64,000 bases of DNA from the human T2T-CHM13v2.0 reference genome, Homo sapiens: assembly GCF_009914755.1 (NCBI RefSeq), contig NC_060936.1; one strand, written 5' to 3'. Each line of letters begins with the position of its first letter. Within the stretch, counting starts at the first letter, position 1. The translations under genes and the position numbers were made by a program. The notes under the pieces are model-generated. The model searched no databases, was not told the DNA's origin, and worked only from the letters and a program-made list of their open reading frames with translations. Positions 58,925-64,000 of the stretch are shown here, piece after piece.

Positions 58925-59374
58925 CCATTTATTTATTCAACAAATGTTAAACAAGTATGCAAATGCCGGACACTGTACCAGGCTCTGAGGATACGAAATT
59001 GAATAAGACATGATTCTTGCCCCCAAGAACTTATAATTTAATTGGGGTGGACAGAAATGTAAAGAAACAAAATAAATGCTATAATAACCTACCACACAGG
59101 ATACGGTGGTAGCACAAATGTGAATCAGTTATCTCTGTATGACCTGGTAAAACTTTAGACAAGAGGTGATGCTTAGGCTAATTTTGACTGATATTTACTT
59201 TCCCTGGGAAGACAGCACCCCTGGAAGAGGAAACGGTGTGATCAAATATAGGAAGGCATGAAATCATAGTATCTCTCTGAGGAACTTCATTAGCCTGGTA
59301 TAGATGGATGCAAGGTGATGCAAGGCGGCATATGATGCTAAGCACGGGGTCACATGATAAGATTGGTAGTTTAG
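58925..59374 (-). mobile_element. L2 3' fragment
   Basis: CATTTATTTATTCAACAAATG..CACTGTACCAGGCTCTGAGGATAC. Confidence 0.6.
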
Positions 59375-59388
59375 AAACATTTGCCCTG

Positions 59389-60123
59389 AACAAATCAAAA
59401 CCACAATGAGATACCATCTCACACCAGTTAGAATGGCAATCATTAAAAAGTTGGGAAACAACAGGTCCTGGAGAGGATGTGGAGAAATAGGAACACTTTT
59501 ACACTGTTGGTGGGACTGTAAACTAGTTCAACCATTGTGGAAGACAGTGTGGTGATTCCTCAAGGATCTAGACCTAGAAATACCATTTGACCCAGACATC
59601 CTGTTACTGGGTATATACCCAAAGGATTACAAATCATGCTGCTATAAAGACACATGCACACACATGTTTATTGTGGCTCTATTCATAATAGCAAAGACTT
59701 GGAACCAACCCAAATGTCCATCAATGATAGACTGGATTAAGAAAATGTGGCACATGTACACTATGGAATACTATGCATCCATGAAAAGGATGAGTTCATG
59801 TCCTTTGTAGGGACATGGATGAAGCTGGAAAACATCATTCTCAGCAAACTATTGCAAGGACAAAAAACCAAACACTGCATGTTCTCACTCATAGGTGGGA
59901 ATTGAACAATGAGAACACTTGGACACAGGAAGGGGAACATCACACACCAGGGCCTGCCGTGGGGTGGGAGGAGGAGCGAGGGATAGCATTAGGAGATATA
60001 TCTAATGTAAATGACAAGTTAATGGGTGCAGCACACCAACATGGCACATGTATACATATGTAACAAACTTGCACGTTGTGCACATGTACCCTAGAACTTA
60101 AAGTGTAATTTAAAAAAAAAAAA
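59389..60123 (+). mobile_element. 5'-truncated L1PA (~735 bp)
   Basis: L1PA 3' end with poly(A); TSD AAACATTTGCCCTG at 59375-59388 and 60124-60137. Confidence 0.93.
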
Positions 60124-60184
60124 AAACATTTGCCCTGGACACGTGGAAGACAAGCTGGAGGCAATGGAGCATATAGCTAGGGCA

Positions 60185-61040
60185 GTTTCATTCGTTCATT
60201 CAGTAGATAATTGTTGAGTACTTACTATGTGCCAGGCACAGGTCTAGACTCCTAGTGTACGCCATTGAACACAACAGACAAAAATGTTTGTCCTTGCAGA
60301 GCTTACATTCTAATTGAGAAAGACAGGAAAGAAATAATAGATATAATAAATAAATATCATATGTTAGAAAGTGCTATGGAAAATAACAGATCAGGGAAAG
60401 GGAGACTGTTAATGGGGGCAGGGTAGAGGAAGGCAGTGAGTTTCGCAACGTAAAATAGAGTGGTCAGGAAAGGACAAATGAGACAGTATCCCTTGAACCA
60501 AGATTTGAAGGAGGTGAGGTCACAATCCATGAGAACATCTCATCTGTGGAAGAAGAATTTGGAGAATATAGCAGCAACCCGGTCAGAGGTAGGCTAACAG
60601 AGGCTGTAGCACTGAAGGCAAGCTAGAAGAGACAGGTTTGAGAAATGTCATTGAGTTGGATGCTAAAGGATTTCATCCCCAATTAAATATTTAGAGTAAA
60701 GATAAGTGAATAAAAAATGATCCTCAGGTTTCTGGTTTTGGTGATGGAGGGGACCCATTTACTGAAATAGATGGCCCAGGAAAATGAACACGTTTGTGAG
60801 GAAGATGATAACCTGTTTTGAAAATGTTGCCTTTGATGAGCCTACGGATAAGGAGGGGATATCCAGGAGGCACTTGGATGTAGGTCCTGACATTCAGAAG
60901 AGATATTTGAGCTCAATATATGAGTTAAAGAGTCATTGACAAGCTTACTCAGAGAAAACCCACTCAAGAGAGAAGATGCTTTAGGACAGAGTTCCATGTG
61001 ACAGAAGCATTTAACAGGAAAGAGAGGAAGAGAGGCTCAC
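60185..61040 (-). mobile_element. L2 fragments
   Basis: TTCATTCGTTCATTCAGTAGATAATTGTTGAGTACTTACTATGTGCCAGGCAC and downstream L2-like purine-rich sequence. Confidence 0.65.
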
Positions 61041-61564
61041 AAAGGATCCCTGCACTCACTCAGTATGTCAACCATGAACCCGAGTCATTCTGATCTGAAG
61101 GATGCCTTGGAGGTCCTGGAGCCCAATGCCCTCTCTTCCTAGGTTGGGAGACTGAGGCCCAATGGGGGAAGTGCCCCGTGACCCTTCCTGCAAGCTCTAT
61201 CACTCACCAACCGACCCACCTCCTGTTCCTCTTTTATGTCTATCCTGTTAAGAAACTTCAGCTTTCAGCCCAGGGGATTTTTTCCTCAGGGAAGCCTTTA
61301 CATCCTGCACACTACAATTTTATTTTTTTATACTTGTTTTTCTTTTATGACATCTATTATAATTGTAAAAACAAAGCAGAACATTTTGAGTATGTAAGAA
61401 AGGTCTCCCCATTCTCCCTCAGCCTGTCTCCGTCCCCTGCCGTCAATCTCTGTCTTATTGCCCTGCTTTGGCTCCACAGCACTTACTACCTGGCATTTTA
61501 TAATATATTTATAATTGTCTCGTACACTGGAATGCAAGCTCAAAAACTTTATCTATTTTTATTA

Positions 61565-64000
<2,436 letters not shown>

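Overview
Primate (very likely human) genomic DNA, recognised as the ZNF641 locus at chr12q13.11. The only intact protein-coding gene is ZNF641 (minus strand; KRAB plus 5 C2H2 fingers). I reconstructed six coding exons by hand with canonical GT-AG junctions; they total 1317 nt (438 aa plus stop), with a CpG-island promoter at about 13.85-14.65 kb. Upstream is a tandem minus-strand array of dead olfactory-receptor (OR) genes: three recognisable pseudogenes (~19.1-19.9, 48.7-49.6, 57.8-58.7 kb) and a fourth, heavily fragmented relic (~24.15-25.6 kb) split by two MaLR LTRs. The rest is a dense field of Alu, L1, L2, MIR, MaLR and DNA transposons plus a ~9.7 kb ERVL provirus remnant. I see no new protein system. 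The most notable observations are: (1) an apparent Alu-mediated 3' transduction of 150 bp enclosed in a 17-bp TSD; (2) the hidden fourth OR relic; (3) a collinear paralogous promoter/non-coding-exon block with a conserved splice donor upstream of two ORs, plus a conserved acceptor before the three OR starts; (4) a perfect fold-back hairpin at an L1 5' junction; (5) features of ZNF641 suggesting an atypical KRAB, a SCAN-lineage origin and G-rich binding. Repeat subfamily names and OR symbols come from memory, not from a search, and need RepeatMasker/BLAT confirmation.
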